Shown here: piece after piece, positions 38,784 to 54,075 of the stretch | How positions within the stretch are numbered: the first letter of the stretch is position 1 | Layout: every line of letters begins with the position of its first letter | Assembly: GCA_001643675.2 (NCBI GenBank) | Contig: LSRY02000009.1 | Location: 744,001 to 808,000 of the forward strand | Direction: 5' to 3' | Origin: Monocercomonoides exilis PA203 | Taxonomy: Eukaryota; Protista; Preaxostyla | DNA length: 64,000 nucleotides | The notes under the pieces: model-generated | Database searches by the model: none | Told to the model about the DNA's origin: nothing | The model's input: only the letters and a program-made list of their open reading frames with translations | Program-made: the position numbers and the translations under genes

Positions 38784-39840
38784 GGGTGGTTTTTTTATCC
38801 GGACTTTTTTTTTCCGAACAAAAATTTAAAATAAAAATATCTCAACAAATATTCAATATTAATTTACAGAAATTTGTACAGTTGTATATTATCATATATG
38901 GCATCTATTCACATACAAATTTTTAATAGCAGTGTTGTATATTTTTTTGAAATAAATTATTTTTATTTTTGAAAATCCGACTTTTGATAAAATTTTCTAT
39001 TTTAATGAAATGATTCAATTCATCTTTTAATCGCACATCTTATTTTTTCAATGTAATAAGCAATTCTGGTTATTTTTTATTTTCGCTTATTTGCTCTTTC
39101 TTACGGAATAAAAATTTATCATTTTTGAAAAATCATTGTCAATGGGACAACTTAAAAAATATTTTTCATTAAATGCAGAAACATCCAACTAAAACCAACA
39201 CTTGCATTATTTAATATTATAGTTATATAAAATTACTGCCTTGTTGTTATTAATAATAATTTAAAAGAGATTTCATAAATGTAATGTGTTTTGAAAATAG
39301 TTTGTTCTTAATGTTTTTTTTTTTAGAAATTTGGATAAAATTTATTTTTTTGAAGCTTCACGGAATAATTTTTATTATAACTTTGTAATGATTTTATATA
39401 ACTATTTTGTTAATTAATGAAAGTGTTGGTTTTAGTTGGATGTTTCTGCATTTAATGAAAAATATTTTTTAAGTTGTCCCATTGACAATGATTTTTTGAA
39501 AATAACAGATTTTCATTCCGTAAGAAAGAGCAAATAAGCGAAAATAAAAAATAACCAGAATTGCTTATTACATTGAAAAAATAAGATGTGCGATTAAAAG
39601 ATGAATTGAATCATTTCATTAAAATAGAAAATTTTATCAAAAGTCGGATTTTCAAAAATAAAAATAATTTATTTCAAAAAAATATACAACACTGCTATTA
39701 AAAATTTGTATGTGAATAGATGCCATATATGATAATATACAACTGTACAAATTTCTGTAAATTAATATTGAATATTTGTTGAGATATTTTTATTTTAAAT
39801 TTTTGTTCGGAAAAAAAAAGTCCGGATAAAAAAACCAACC
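38784..39840. mobile_element. 1057-bp foldback element with ~450-bp inverted arms and TA TSD
   Basis: TA|GGGTGGTTTTTTTATCCGGACTTTTTTTTTCCGAACA ... TGTTCGGAAAAAAAAAGTCCGGATAAAAAAACCAACC|TA. Arms 38784-~39233 and ~39391-39840. No ORF. Confidence 0.95.
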
Positions 39841-40742
39841 TATGTTTGTTCAGCTAAATCTTTTTTTGCGGATGAATTTTTACAAAGTTTCCTGGAAATT
39901 CATCTTCAAGTGGAATTATCAGTTGCTTTTTTCATATTTTTGACTGTTCAATTGGTTTGAGATGAAAAAACAAACAAAATGACGATTTGTCTGATAAAGT
40001 TTATCTTGAGTCGTCCAAACTGAAATTCCAAGAAATAGCACATTGCTGTCAATATGCGAATAATTGATTTCTTCTTCTCTCGAAAAACCAAGTGATTTCT
40101 TATCCTTTCAATGATTTGAATCTGGGAAAAAAGGATTTTCATATTTCTTAAAAAAATGATAAGCCTTCAAAATCTATTTTTTTTCCGTTTCAATAAATTT
40201 TCCATTTGCATTCATTTTGTTTTCCTCATATGACAAAACCAATCGCATATTTTCTTCATAATTCTATTTTCAACGGTTTTCCAAGCAATATCGCAAATGG
40301 TTTATCTTTCTATCTTTCCACCCCTCAAATTAGTCGATTTCCGACTCTTCGATGAAAAGAAATCCCTTTGTTATCTTTTCAATTCCATCATGTTTCATTG
40401 AAAAAATTAACAGAATCCGATTATCGTCCAATACATTCCTCTTGCATAATTTCTCCAGCTCTCCTCATTCTCACTCGATATTTCACCATGAAAGGTGGTA
40501 TCTGCCATTTCAAACAAAAAGTCAGATTCCCTGATTTGAAAAAGACAATGCGCATAAATATCTTTTCAACATACAGATAGACAAAAAAAAATATAAACAT
40601 AAAGCTTATATATATCAACGACCTTTCTGTTGTATTTCCATGTTAGTCCAATTATATAAATCTCTAATCAAAAATGCAAAATCAATGCATCTCAATCGTT
40701 GCCATTTTTAATCACATGAAATAATATTTATGATTCTAGAGG

Positions 40743-40949
40743 AAAGACCCACTCATCGAACTCTCATTTTGCCAACTGATTTGGGACAAAATTTTTTGCA
40801 TTATGAATTTTGTTCCACACAATTCTTTCAAGATTTTTCTCAACTTTTTTATATTTCAATATTCAATATAGCACTGCAATGTCAGTTTTGTTATTATACG
40901 ATTGCAAAAAAAGTTTGGAATATCATATGAATTTTCATAAATGATTAAA
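40743..40949 (+). repeat. Dispersed ~200 bp repeat, copy 2, immediately upstream of the DIRS element
   Basis: Collinear similarity with 10496-10698. Confidence 0.85.
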
Positions 40950-41053
40950 GTGTAGAGTACCTTAATTCTCCAGAACAAACGATCAACTACAACACCTCTT
41001 GTTATGGGAGTAAGGAGCCTATTAAGGGCTCTGTCGCTTTCCAGATCTTTGAC

Positions 41054-41395
41054 ATGGAAGTATCAACTGCAGGACCTGCATCGGGACTGAGCAGAATTTT
41101 TACACTCGGCGGATCAACGGGCGATGTGGGATTATCTCAGCCTATCTCCTCAAGCAGTACACTTGCTTCCGACCAGTTTCCATTGACTTCACAACTGGCA
41201 CCAACAGAGCTGACAGATAGCCAAGTTCCGTCATTTTCTTCGCTTTGTGCTGCCTTATTTAATGATAACATCAATTCCTCTGTATTCGATCTTCACACTG
41301 ATTCAGCAGACTTAGCTGACAAGGTTGAACAAAGTGAGTCCGTTGTTTCCACACCATTAATCCACCAGAACATCAATCCAAACAAGAATATATGA
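41054..41395 (+). CDS. DIRS ORF1 remnant (gag position)
   Basis: ATG-initiated ORF 40 bp inside the left terminus. Assignment is by position only. Confidence 0.4.
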   Translation: MEVSTAGPASGLSRIFTLGGSTGDVGLSQPISSSSTLASDQFPLTSQLAPTELTDSQVPSFSSLCAALFNDNINSSVFDLHTDSADLADKVEQSESVVSTPLIHQNINPNKNI

Positions 41396-41573
41396 CAATC
41401 AAAGATAAAACATATATAAAAGGAATAATATTCAAAAAGAGAATCCATCATCAGAGCAAAACGCGCAAGAACCTTTTTTTTCGGAGTGCGACCTCCCAAG
41501 GAGACACCAGACCAGAAGGAAGGTCAAGCAAGACGTCGCAGAGAGTGGTTCGTCCATCGAGAACACCAGGAGT

Positions 41574-43469
41574 TTGGAGGAAAAAGTTGTTGGAGTGTGG
41601 ACTCAACTAGTCGCGGAAGAGTGGGATTCACTGGGGGTGCGCAGCGTAATGCGGGAAGGAATTTTACCAATTTGGAGGGGAAAGAGTGCAAGGGAGCGGC
41701 TGAAAAAGGAGGTGGAGGATGGAAGAGGTTTTCTTGGATCCAAGCGGGAAGAGGAAGAATGCGCGAAGTGTGTGCTGGAAGGTCTGGCGACGAAGATCCT
41801 GGTTCAGCTTCCACCAGGTTCAGCGAGATGTCTCAACTCGTTATTTTTTGTGAAAAAGAAGAACAGCAAATACAGGCAGATATTGGACTGCAGACCTCTC
41901 AACAGCGCGGTGAAAGGAACACACTTCAAAATGGAAGATCACAGGACTCTGGAGAAGTTACTTCAAAAAGAGGACTACGCTACAACAATATATTTTCCAC
42001 AATCGAACTTTCTAATTCCTGTTCACCCTTCTTTCGTTCTTTTTCTTTCTTTCACTTTCAGAGACAAAACACACACCTTCAAAGGAATGCCCCTCGGCTA
42101 CAAGGACGAGCCCCGCATTTTCACACGCGTGATGAGGATAGTCTCTCAAGAAATACGAAACAGATGGGGTCTGCACTGCCTAGCTTATCTGGACGATATC
42201 TTGCTGCTTCATCAAGACCCGAACAAGCTTCAGACAGCAACGAAGGAGAAAATCGCATGGCTTGGAAGGCTTGGACTGTTGGTCAACTTCGACCAGAGCA
42301 AACTGCAGCCGAGACAGACATTCAACTATCTAGGATAGACGTGGAGGACGAAGAGAGGTTCAGTCAGCCTGGAACAAGAGAGATGCAGGTCCTTGAGGAT
42401 GGAGTGCGAACGGTGGATGAGACTTGCAAGGAGAAACGCAGAAGTCCGGATCAAGAGTTTTGCATCGTTTGTAGGTCTCATCAGATCCACACGGTTCGTC
42501 ATCAGAGACGCTTCGCTTCAAATGAACAGATAATACCAGGCCCTCAATAGAGCTGTGAAGAAGGAAGGATGGTATGCGACGATGAGGGTCAACCTTTCGA
42601 TCATCAAGCAGATATATGGATGGAAGGCAAGGCTAACCAAGAAGGAACAAAGACCATGGACATCATTCGCAGCCCCCCAGGCAGTTCTTACTACGGATGC
42701 GGAACCCCGGGCTTGTGGAGCAACGCTGAGGATCAACGGAGACTTGTTTCATATTCACCAACCTTTCAACAAGGCCTTTTTCAGCCAATCCTCCAACTTC
42801 AAAAAGATGTTGGCTGTCCTTTTGGCCCTCAAACATTTTCGCGATCTCATAGCCAAACACAACGTCCGAAGGATTCTTCTGAGATCAGACAACACGACAG
42901 TGGTCAACGAAATCAATCGCCAGGCAGCGGGAGCGAATCTTCTTTCTCTGCTGAGGATTATCCGAAAGACGATAACAGAATGGAATATTCAAATGAGAGC
43001 GGTGCACCTTCCAAGAGCAAAGAACGAGACCGCGGACTCCTTATCAAGACTCCAGCGCGCGGAAGATTACGAGATCACAGACGAAGCATTAAGAGAGCTG
43101 GAACATCAGCTGGATCTAACAGTCGAACAGGACGCCTTTGAAAGCGCGACAAACAGGAAAACAATGACTTGGTTTGGACCAGGAAGTCCTGAGCTGGAGG
43201 ACGGACTACAAGCAGACTGGTAAGGAGCGGTGACCCTGGTGCATCCACCGATACCTCTGATTCTCCCTTGCTTAAGGAAGATTCGGGAGGAGCAGGCGAG
43301 AGTAGTGATTCTTTTTCCAGACTGGAGGTTACAGGTTTGGACACCTCTTCTGAGAGAGATGACGACATCTTCCATGAGATGGAGCGATTCGAGGAAAATA
43401 TTGAGGGCATGCCCAGGAATGAAGAGGTCAAGAGCATCAATCCCACCGGGACATAACTTTGCAGCATGA
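41574..43469 (+). pseudogene. DIRS reverse transcriptase - RNase H - DNA N6-adenine-methyltransferase-like polyprotein
   Basis: One frame throughout. RT: FFVKKK..YRQILDCRPLN, MPLG, AYLDDILL. RNase H: LTTDA, RSDNTTVV..INR, NETADSLSR. MT: DAFESATNRK, HPPIPLI, FPDW..QVW. In-frame stops at 42336, 42531 and 43221. Confidence 0.92.
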
Positions 43470-44728
43470 CTCAACTGGAAGTGCAAAAAGGACAACAATG
43501 GTGGATCAGCAGCTTACAGAAATGCGGAGTTCCCCAATCACTGATCGCAGAAACCAAGAACAGTGTTTCACCTTCAACATGGATAGCCCACATATTTGGA
43601 TTCGCACATTTTGTCCAGATTTGGACAGAGGAAAATTGTGGAGAATTTCCGAGGGACTTTGGAGAGTGGTGCAGAAGATGTGCCATGCTCTTCGTGAAGC
43701 TGAAGGAGAAGGGGTTCCCCTACACTTGCTTGTGTGCCACGAGATCTGCAGTGTCCCTTTTCTCCAGGTTAAGTTACGGAGAGGATATAGGGCAAATACC
43801 AATCATAAAGACAATCTTCCGCTCGTTTCACCGTTCACACGTACCCAGAAGACCTTACACATATATGTGGTCGCCTCCCTTGGTCTTCGATTTCTACAAC
43901 TCACGGCCAAACAATATTGACCTATCCTTCTATGAACTTACCGTTAAGTGTTTAATGCTTTGCATGCTATTCACAGCATGCCGCTCCTACGAACTCGAAC
44001 AACTATCGATAAGTAAATCCATTCACAATAACGATACCATCCACCTCCACACTCACCTGAAAACATCCATTCCCCCGAGTTATCTGACAATTCCTTTCTT
44101 AGGAGATGCAGATGAGAAGATCTGCCTAGCAAGAGCAGTCAACTGCCTTTGGGAAAGAGTCCGAAGAACCTACGAATCGAGAGACACATTTCTTCTGAAC
44201 ACAACTCATCACACTCCACTAAAAACATCAGGAATCAGGAGACTAACAAGGTTGGGAATGACACAAGTGGGGATCCCAAATGAATTCAGACCTTACACGA
44301 TCAAGCATGCAGCCATCTCAGCCTTAACCTTGAAGGGAATACCGGAAGTTCTGATAGCTAGACATGCACGCCTATCACCATCAGCTCATACCCCCACTAG
44401 GTCTTTCTTCAGAACTAACCTGGCGTTGAGCATGGCCCACGCCCTGATAGCACCCCAACAGGAGAACCAAGTGGCCCTCACACTATTCAGCCCAGCTTCC
44501 GCACCTCATATAGCTCCTCCACCAACAGCCAGACCACCTGGCTTAACAACCCTCTTACAGACGAATATCACATTCCAACAGCAGCCTCCTCCCGAACTCA
44601 CCAAAGACATGAACACTCGAGACCCAAACCCACAGACAGAAGAAACGACTAAGGATTGCAGCAGAATTGAGCTCACAAATATTAGAACAATTCAGACAAG
44701 TGAAACAAGACACATTCAAGCTGATTGA
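43466..44728 (+). CDS. DIRS tyrosine recombinase (atypical catalytic motifs)
   Basis: Open 420-aa ORF: TRSAVS SAM-like region, LFTACRSYEL (catalytic Arg), HLKT, ICLARAV, YTIKHAAIS (H-x-x-R position), ARHAR. Confidence 0.88.
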   Translation: MTQLEVQKGQQWWISSLQKCGVPQSLIAETKNSVSPSTWIAHIFGFAHFVQIWTEENCGEFPRDFGEWCRRCAMLFVKLKEKGFPYTCLCATRSAVSLFSRLSYGEDIGQIPIIKTIFRSFHRSHVPRRPYTYMWSPPLVFDFYNSRPNNIDLSFYELTVKCLMLCMLFTACRSYELEQLSISKSIHNNDTIHLHTHLKTSIPPSYLTIPFLGDADEKICLARAVNCLWERVRRTYESRDTFLLNTTHHTPLKTSGIRRLTRLGMTQVGIPNEFRPYTIKHAAISALTLKGIPEVLIARHARLSPSAHTPTRSFFRTNLALSMAHALIAPQQENQVALTLFSPASAPHIAPPPTARPPGLTTLLQTNITFQQQPPPELTKDMNTRDPNPQTEETTKDCSRIELTNIRTIQTSETRHIQAD

Positions 44729-45057
44729 TAACAATCCCAACTACTTATACTCCCATAACAAGAGGTGTTGTAGTTTTGTTTGTTCTTTACGAAAAGAATT
44801 CTGTCCCATATCCAATTAAAATTTTCCTTTTGATCTTTGCAGCCATTACGAAAAAATTGAAAAGAATTAACATTGGTTATTATTATTTTCACTTGCTGTA
44901 AATGCAAATGCAAGAAAGGATGGTACGGATGCACATCTTTTTATTCCTGCTTTGGAGTATTTATTTTTCATTTATTTCATCTTACCAAACGTATGCGAAT
45001 TCAATGTGAATGGCTGAAATATTGTTGCTTTCTTGAACAATTTTTTTTTTAAAAAAA

Positions 45058-46510
45058 ATGTAGGATACAGACAACACAAAAATATTCAACAGTTTGCAAT
45101 TGTTATTGCAAGTGAATTTTTGCTTATTGCATCTTTTCTTTGTTTTTTTATTGAAGAATTATTCTCAGAGCTTGAAGATTGCAATGAGGAAGATCAGAAA
45201 CAGAAAATCGAAGAAATGAATGAAGTGATGGAAGAGATGGAAAAAAAAGAAATAAAATCCATTTTAACAGAAGAACTGTTCGACAAAATTCTAAAAATGA
45301 CAGATGAAAAGAAATTGAATTTTGGAAATGCCATTCTGTTGTTGAAATACATTGGATATTGCAGTGTTCCGAAAAGAATTTGGAATTTTTCTTTTGGCGA
45401 ATCTTCTTTGAACAAAAGATTTGAAAAGATGATTATTGATGAAAACGAGAAGAATGAAGGAAAAAATGAAAAGCTTCTTGTTGATCTTTGCGAATGCTAT
45501 CTTTTGCTTTACGGTATGTTTAATCCAAAATTGCTTTTAATTTGTAGCTGCTGCCTTCTGAAAGTTGCATTGAATAAGGAGGAAAATGAAGAAACTCAAA
45601 AAGAAGTGGAAATGGCTTTACTTAGTTTGAGTCACATATACAGAAGAAATTTTGTATGTGCACTTTCACTTTCTTTTGAATGTCTTTGTTTTCCTTTTCC
45701 TTTTTTTTTTCCTTTTAACTTTTTTATTTTATTATTTTTTTTTTATAGTTTATGGATAGAGAATTGCATCTAAGTGCACTCAAAGAAATCATCCAAAATC
45801 ATCTGGAACATCGCAACTTGACGCATCTTGCATATCAAATGGCTTGGGAGTTTTTTATAGACAGATTTTTCAAAGACGAAAGCTTAAAAGGTCTAATTGC
45901 AAATGAGCTGCATTTTGTGAGGGAGGCAACAAGAGAACTGGATGAGCTGACGAAATGCGCAGACTGGGAGAGAAATGAAGAAGAAGGAGGAGGAGGAAAA
46001 ACAAAAGAAGTGGTAATTATAATGAGATGGCTTGAAGTGATTCAGACTTTCTTTTTTCAAACCAGATATCGAAACGAAGAATATGCTGAGCTTATCAGCA
46101 GCATTGTTAACGTGTTTAGAAAAGCAAAAGCAAAATTTAGTAGAATTTGCCGGAAATGCATTTATTGCATTAGAGCAGCAGTGTATAATAGCGCTGTTAA
46201 GATTGAAGACTTGTTGGAAAGCGAAGCTGTTGATGTTGTTTTAGAGGCGTCTCCACCATCACACGTGGATATTATAAAAATTGATGTTTATTTGGATTTT
46301 TTCAAAATCCTTTGCGGAAGATTGACCTGCGAAGAAGAAATAGAAAGCGATGAAGCGAAAAGAAAAGAGTTGAAAAGAAAAGTGCTTGAAAAGATGGAAG
46401 CAGAAGGATTTGAAGATTATATCATACAGCTGCACTGTTGCAAGATTGTAAAGGAATACAATACATATTCTTTGGTTGAAAACACTAAAGTCTATTTTGT
46501 TTATTGCTGA
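45058..46510 (+). pseudogene. Helical multigene family copy B (codon 2 is TAG; rest intact)
   Basis: ATG TAG at 45058 where paralogue E has ATG CAG. Introns ~45092-45156 and 45654-45748. Exons 2 and 3 are open to TGA 46510. Confidence 0.85.
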
Positions 46511-46923
46511 GTCATTGACTTTTTCATTCGTCTCATTTCTTTTTTTTCTTTCTTTTTCTTTCTTTTTCTTTCTTTCTTTTCTTTCTTTTTTTTTTTTTTT
46601 CATATCATTTGATTTTGAGCAAAATACCTGTTCTTCTCTTCTTTTTTGTGGAAATTGCACACAGCGTTCTTTTTTCAAAATGCGACTTTATTCAACTTCT
46701 GAATTTGATTTTTTTTCACCTTTTAGATTTAATGAATCAGAGTTTATTGATTGTTTTCGAGCACATCTCATCTTCTTTTTATCTTTTTCTTTTTCTTTGT
46801 TCCATTTCAACTTTGAGGGAAAAAAGACTCTTTTGTAAATCAGCTCAAATATTTGCATTATTTTGAAAAGAAAATAAAAATAGTCAAAAAGGATATATGA
46901 GTTGCAAAAATCAATTGATTTTC

Positions 46924-47690
46924 TCAAATGTTCATTAAATAATCAGAAATATCCAACGATATTTCATAATAATATTTTTGTTGAAGAAAATCAAATGTTT
47001 CATGAAGGCTTTCAATGACATCTTCGTATCCTTCTTCCTCCATCTTTTCAAATATCTTCTTTTCACCTATCCTTCTTTTCTTTTTAGTTACTACATAATC
47101 CACGTTTCCTTTCAATTTCTTTGAAATATTGAAAAAAAATATCGAGCTTTCATTTGACGTTTCGTCATTCAACGTTGGCTGCAGAATTTCCTCCAAAAAG
47201 AGATCAATAGCTCCTATGTTCATCAAGTGATCAATTTTTACATTTCGATTTTCTGATACTTTTCCCAATGAATAAAGGCATAGACGGTTTGTATATGGGT
47301 AATCATCCCTTGATGCTCGAAACATCTGAACAATGCTGCCCATTAGCTCAACATATTCTTCACTCCACAATTTACAGCAGCGAAAAAAAACCTCCAATAT
47401 ATTGAGCCATCTTTTCAAAATAAGCTCTTCTTTCGTTTCTTTTCCTCCTTTTTCCTCTTCTTTTAACTTTTTCCAATCCATTTCTTGGGAACTCTTCAAG
47501 TTCTCTTCTAGCCTCTCTGACAAAACGCAGTTCATTCACTATTACAGCCTCCAAACGATCATCATTAAATAATCTGCAAATCAAAATACACCAAGAAGAC
47601 CAATAAGTAAGTCGTGTCAGTTTGTGACGTACCTGATGATACATGATTTTTTCTTTGATTTGATCGAAGAAAAGTTCTTGTTTCATTTTC
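46924..47690 (-). pseudogene. Helical multigene family copy C (exon 3 only, frameshifted)
   Basis: MKQELFFDQIKE...NELRFVREARRELEE / DWKK...EEEGYED...DYLMNI, preceded by a pyrimidine-rich acceptor. Exons 1-2 are absent upstream. Confidence 0.85.
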
Positions 47691-48174
47691 TTATGAATAA
47701 AAAAAGAAAAGAAAAGAGAAAGAAAGAAAGAAAGAAAGTCTGTGATCCTTGATAATTCAACTTTTTTAAAGACCTAAATGCCAAGCTGTTATTTTTTTCC
47801 TTTTAACTCTGTTTAGATGAGATTTTTTGTTATTTCGGGGAAAAGATCATAATAAGTCTCGCAATCTTCTCTTTACAAAATTCTCATCTTGAATTATGTA
47901 TTGAGTAAATAAACGAACGTAAAAAGAATTTTGAATTTGTCGAATGAAGAAAATAATTATAGCTAAAATAAATGATTATGCCTTTTGAAAAAAATATTTT
48001 TATTCTATTGGTTTCAAAGAATCAGCTTTCAACTTGTTTCAGTTTCTAATGCTTACATGTGATTTTGTTAAGTGCATTTCATAACCAAAAAACGAAAAAT
48101 TGATGCTTCGAGAATAATTTTTACAAACACAGCATTCATTGTTAAGCTCAATGCTTGATGAAGATCAATGCATT

Positions 48175-52346
<4,172 letters not shown>

Positions 52347-52542
52347 TTTTCTTATCAGATCATCACAGTGAAATTGTTTTAATAGATGTTTTTTGGACAC
52401 CTTCGTTCTCATTAAACAAAGAATTTTAAAAATGAAGATTTATTTATTATTGTTCGATCAATTATTTTTTTTTTTTCTTGTAAATTCATAATAAAACAAA
52501 GGTCTTTTATTTATTAAAAAACATGCTAAAACTAATTAAAAC

Positions 52543-53292
52543 CTAAACATAAATAAGAGATGTGTTTGACGAAATGTCGTGAAGTGGTTGTGAAATGTCC
52601 GGAAGTTCGGATGGAGCACCAATCAAAGTGATATCAGCAGGTTTATTTCCAACAATAACTTCTCCTTCATCAGAAAATTCGCAATCTTCAAGGAGATTTG
52701 GATCTTGGATTAGATAGATCGAATTTGAGCCAGCAACCAATGAAGTTGCACTACAACGAATCTAAATTGGAGAAAGAGTAGTAATTGTTAATAAATTAGA
52801 AGTTAAAAAAATGAAATCGTGTAAAAGAAAAAATCGAAAAAATGTTTTCCACACAATAGGTTTGTAAAACAGACGCTTTTGAATCATAAAGCAAAATGCG
52901 ATTTCGCCCAATAATATTGCAACGGTACAGCAATAAATTATGTAAAGCATACAAAACTGAAGAAAGAAATAAGTTTCTGCAAGATATAAAATTCCATGAA
53001 AGACCCCAATAAATAAAAGAAATATTGTGTTTGCAATTGCCGAATACAAGTACAGCCCACTATATCTCGAATTATAAACGCCACAAACTATAAACCATTC
53101 AAACCTGGGAAATGAATCCTTCAATTTGCTTCGATAAAAATAATTGAAATAAAATAGGATGCAACTTGCATATCCGCAGTAGCATCCAAATTCGCTTCCA
53201 AAAATACAAAGCAATGATTTACCAGCTACACTTATTGCCAGTAATACCCAATGCAATATGTATTCGTGATTAATTTCATCGTTTCTCATCAT
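52543..53292 (-). CDS. Small multi-pass membrane protein, 2 exons
   Basis: About 4 hydrophobic segments in 52762-53292. A T-rich intron ending TTTAG at 52762 joins it to the acidic tail ORF ending at 52543. Confidence 0.65.
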
Positions 53293-53772
53293 TAATATTT
53301 GATCTTAAAAGTAACAAATTTCAATTGTTAATCGAATCGTGACTTGAACGAATTATTTTGATTAATGAATTTTGTTTCACTCGATATTTTCTATAATTAA
53401 ACTTTATTTTTTCATTTTTCATTTTTCATTTCTTTTTTTTTTCTTTTATCTTTTTTTCCCTGAGAATTTTAGATTTTTAATAGTGTGATAGCAGAGAAAG
53501 TTAGGAACAAATTGTTGTTTTTTTTCTTTTAATGAAAAAATACTATTGTTCCACCTTTGGATAATTGAAGATCAAAATTTTTTAATTGTGAACTTGAAAA
53601 TCACTTCATAATATTTTTTTAAAAAAGAATAAACATAATTGAAACTTTATGAAAGGATCTTCATTTGGAAAGTGGGCAAATAACGACAGGAAAGAAAACT
53701 CGATTTGAATGTTTTAATGACCCTGGGCGACGTGAAGAAAAAAGTTCGTTACGTCCATCACCAATTTTCCAC

Positions 53773-53775
<3 letters not shown>

Positions 53776-53832
<57 letters not shown>
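53776..53832 (+). repeat. poly(A) tract, 57 nt
   Basis: Direct homopolymer run. Confidence 0.95.
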
Positions 53833-53833
<1 letters not shown>

Positions 53834-54075
53834 ATTTTTTATAATATGTTGGTTACGATCAAAAAATAAACAAAAGATTTCCATTTCTGGACTTATACAG
53901 TCAATCCTTGCGATTCCTTCGCAATTTCTTTTGCACTTTTTCATTAAGCAATAACATAACAGTTTGTATTGCGAACATTTAAGTACTGCAAGATAATCAA
54001 CGATGCTTGTATTTATTTTGAATTTATTGCTTGTTACACTTTGCTACTCTTTTGATATTTTTTTCAACAAGCAGA

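Larger units (their letters stand above)
40985..44775 (+). mobile_element. DIRS-type tyrosine-recombinase retrotransposon (decayed) with short inverted termini
   Basis: Perfect 28-bp inverted repeat AACTACAACACCTCTTGTTATGGGAGTA (40985-41012 / 44748-44775), imperfectly extendable to 40972/44786. Internal order: short ORF1, RT, RNase H, MT, YR. No TSD evident. Confidence 0.93.

Noticed and set aside
41574-43469. All three internal stops in the DIRS RT frame are TAA/TAG, suggesting a TAR=Gln genetic code as in some oxymonads
   Set aside because: The Gln-rich YR and the 3402-aa ORF contain no TAR codons, and family copy F ends in TAG. Two of the stops fall at likely Leu positions. Catalytic residues are also mutated (RT TIY for TID; RNase H KKM for xEL), which indicates ordinary decay.
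41574-44728. RT plus recombinase read as a bacterial retron/DGR/integron system
   Set aside because: Domain order RT-RNase H-MT-YR, overlapping frames and eukaryotic context fit DIRS. I saw no template/variable repeat pair or msr-msd structure.
52741-52764. Stop-codon readthrough between in-frame ORFs 52762-53292 and 52543-52740
   Set aside because: The TAG is the acceptor of a T-rich intron, so splicing explains the continuity.
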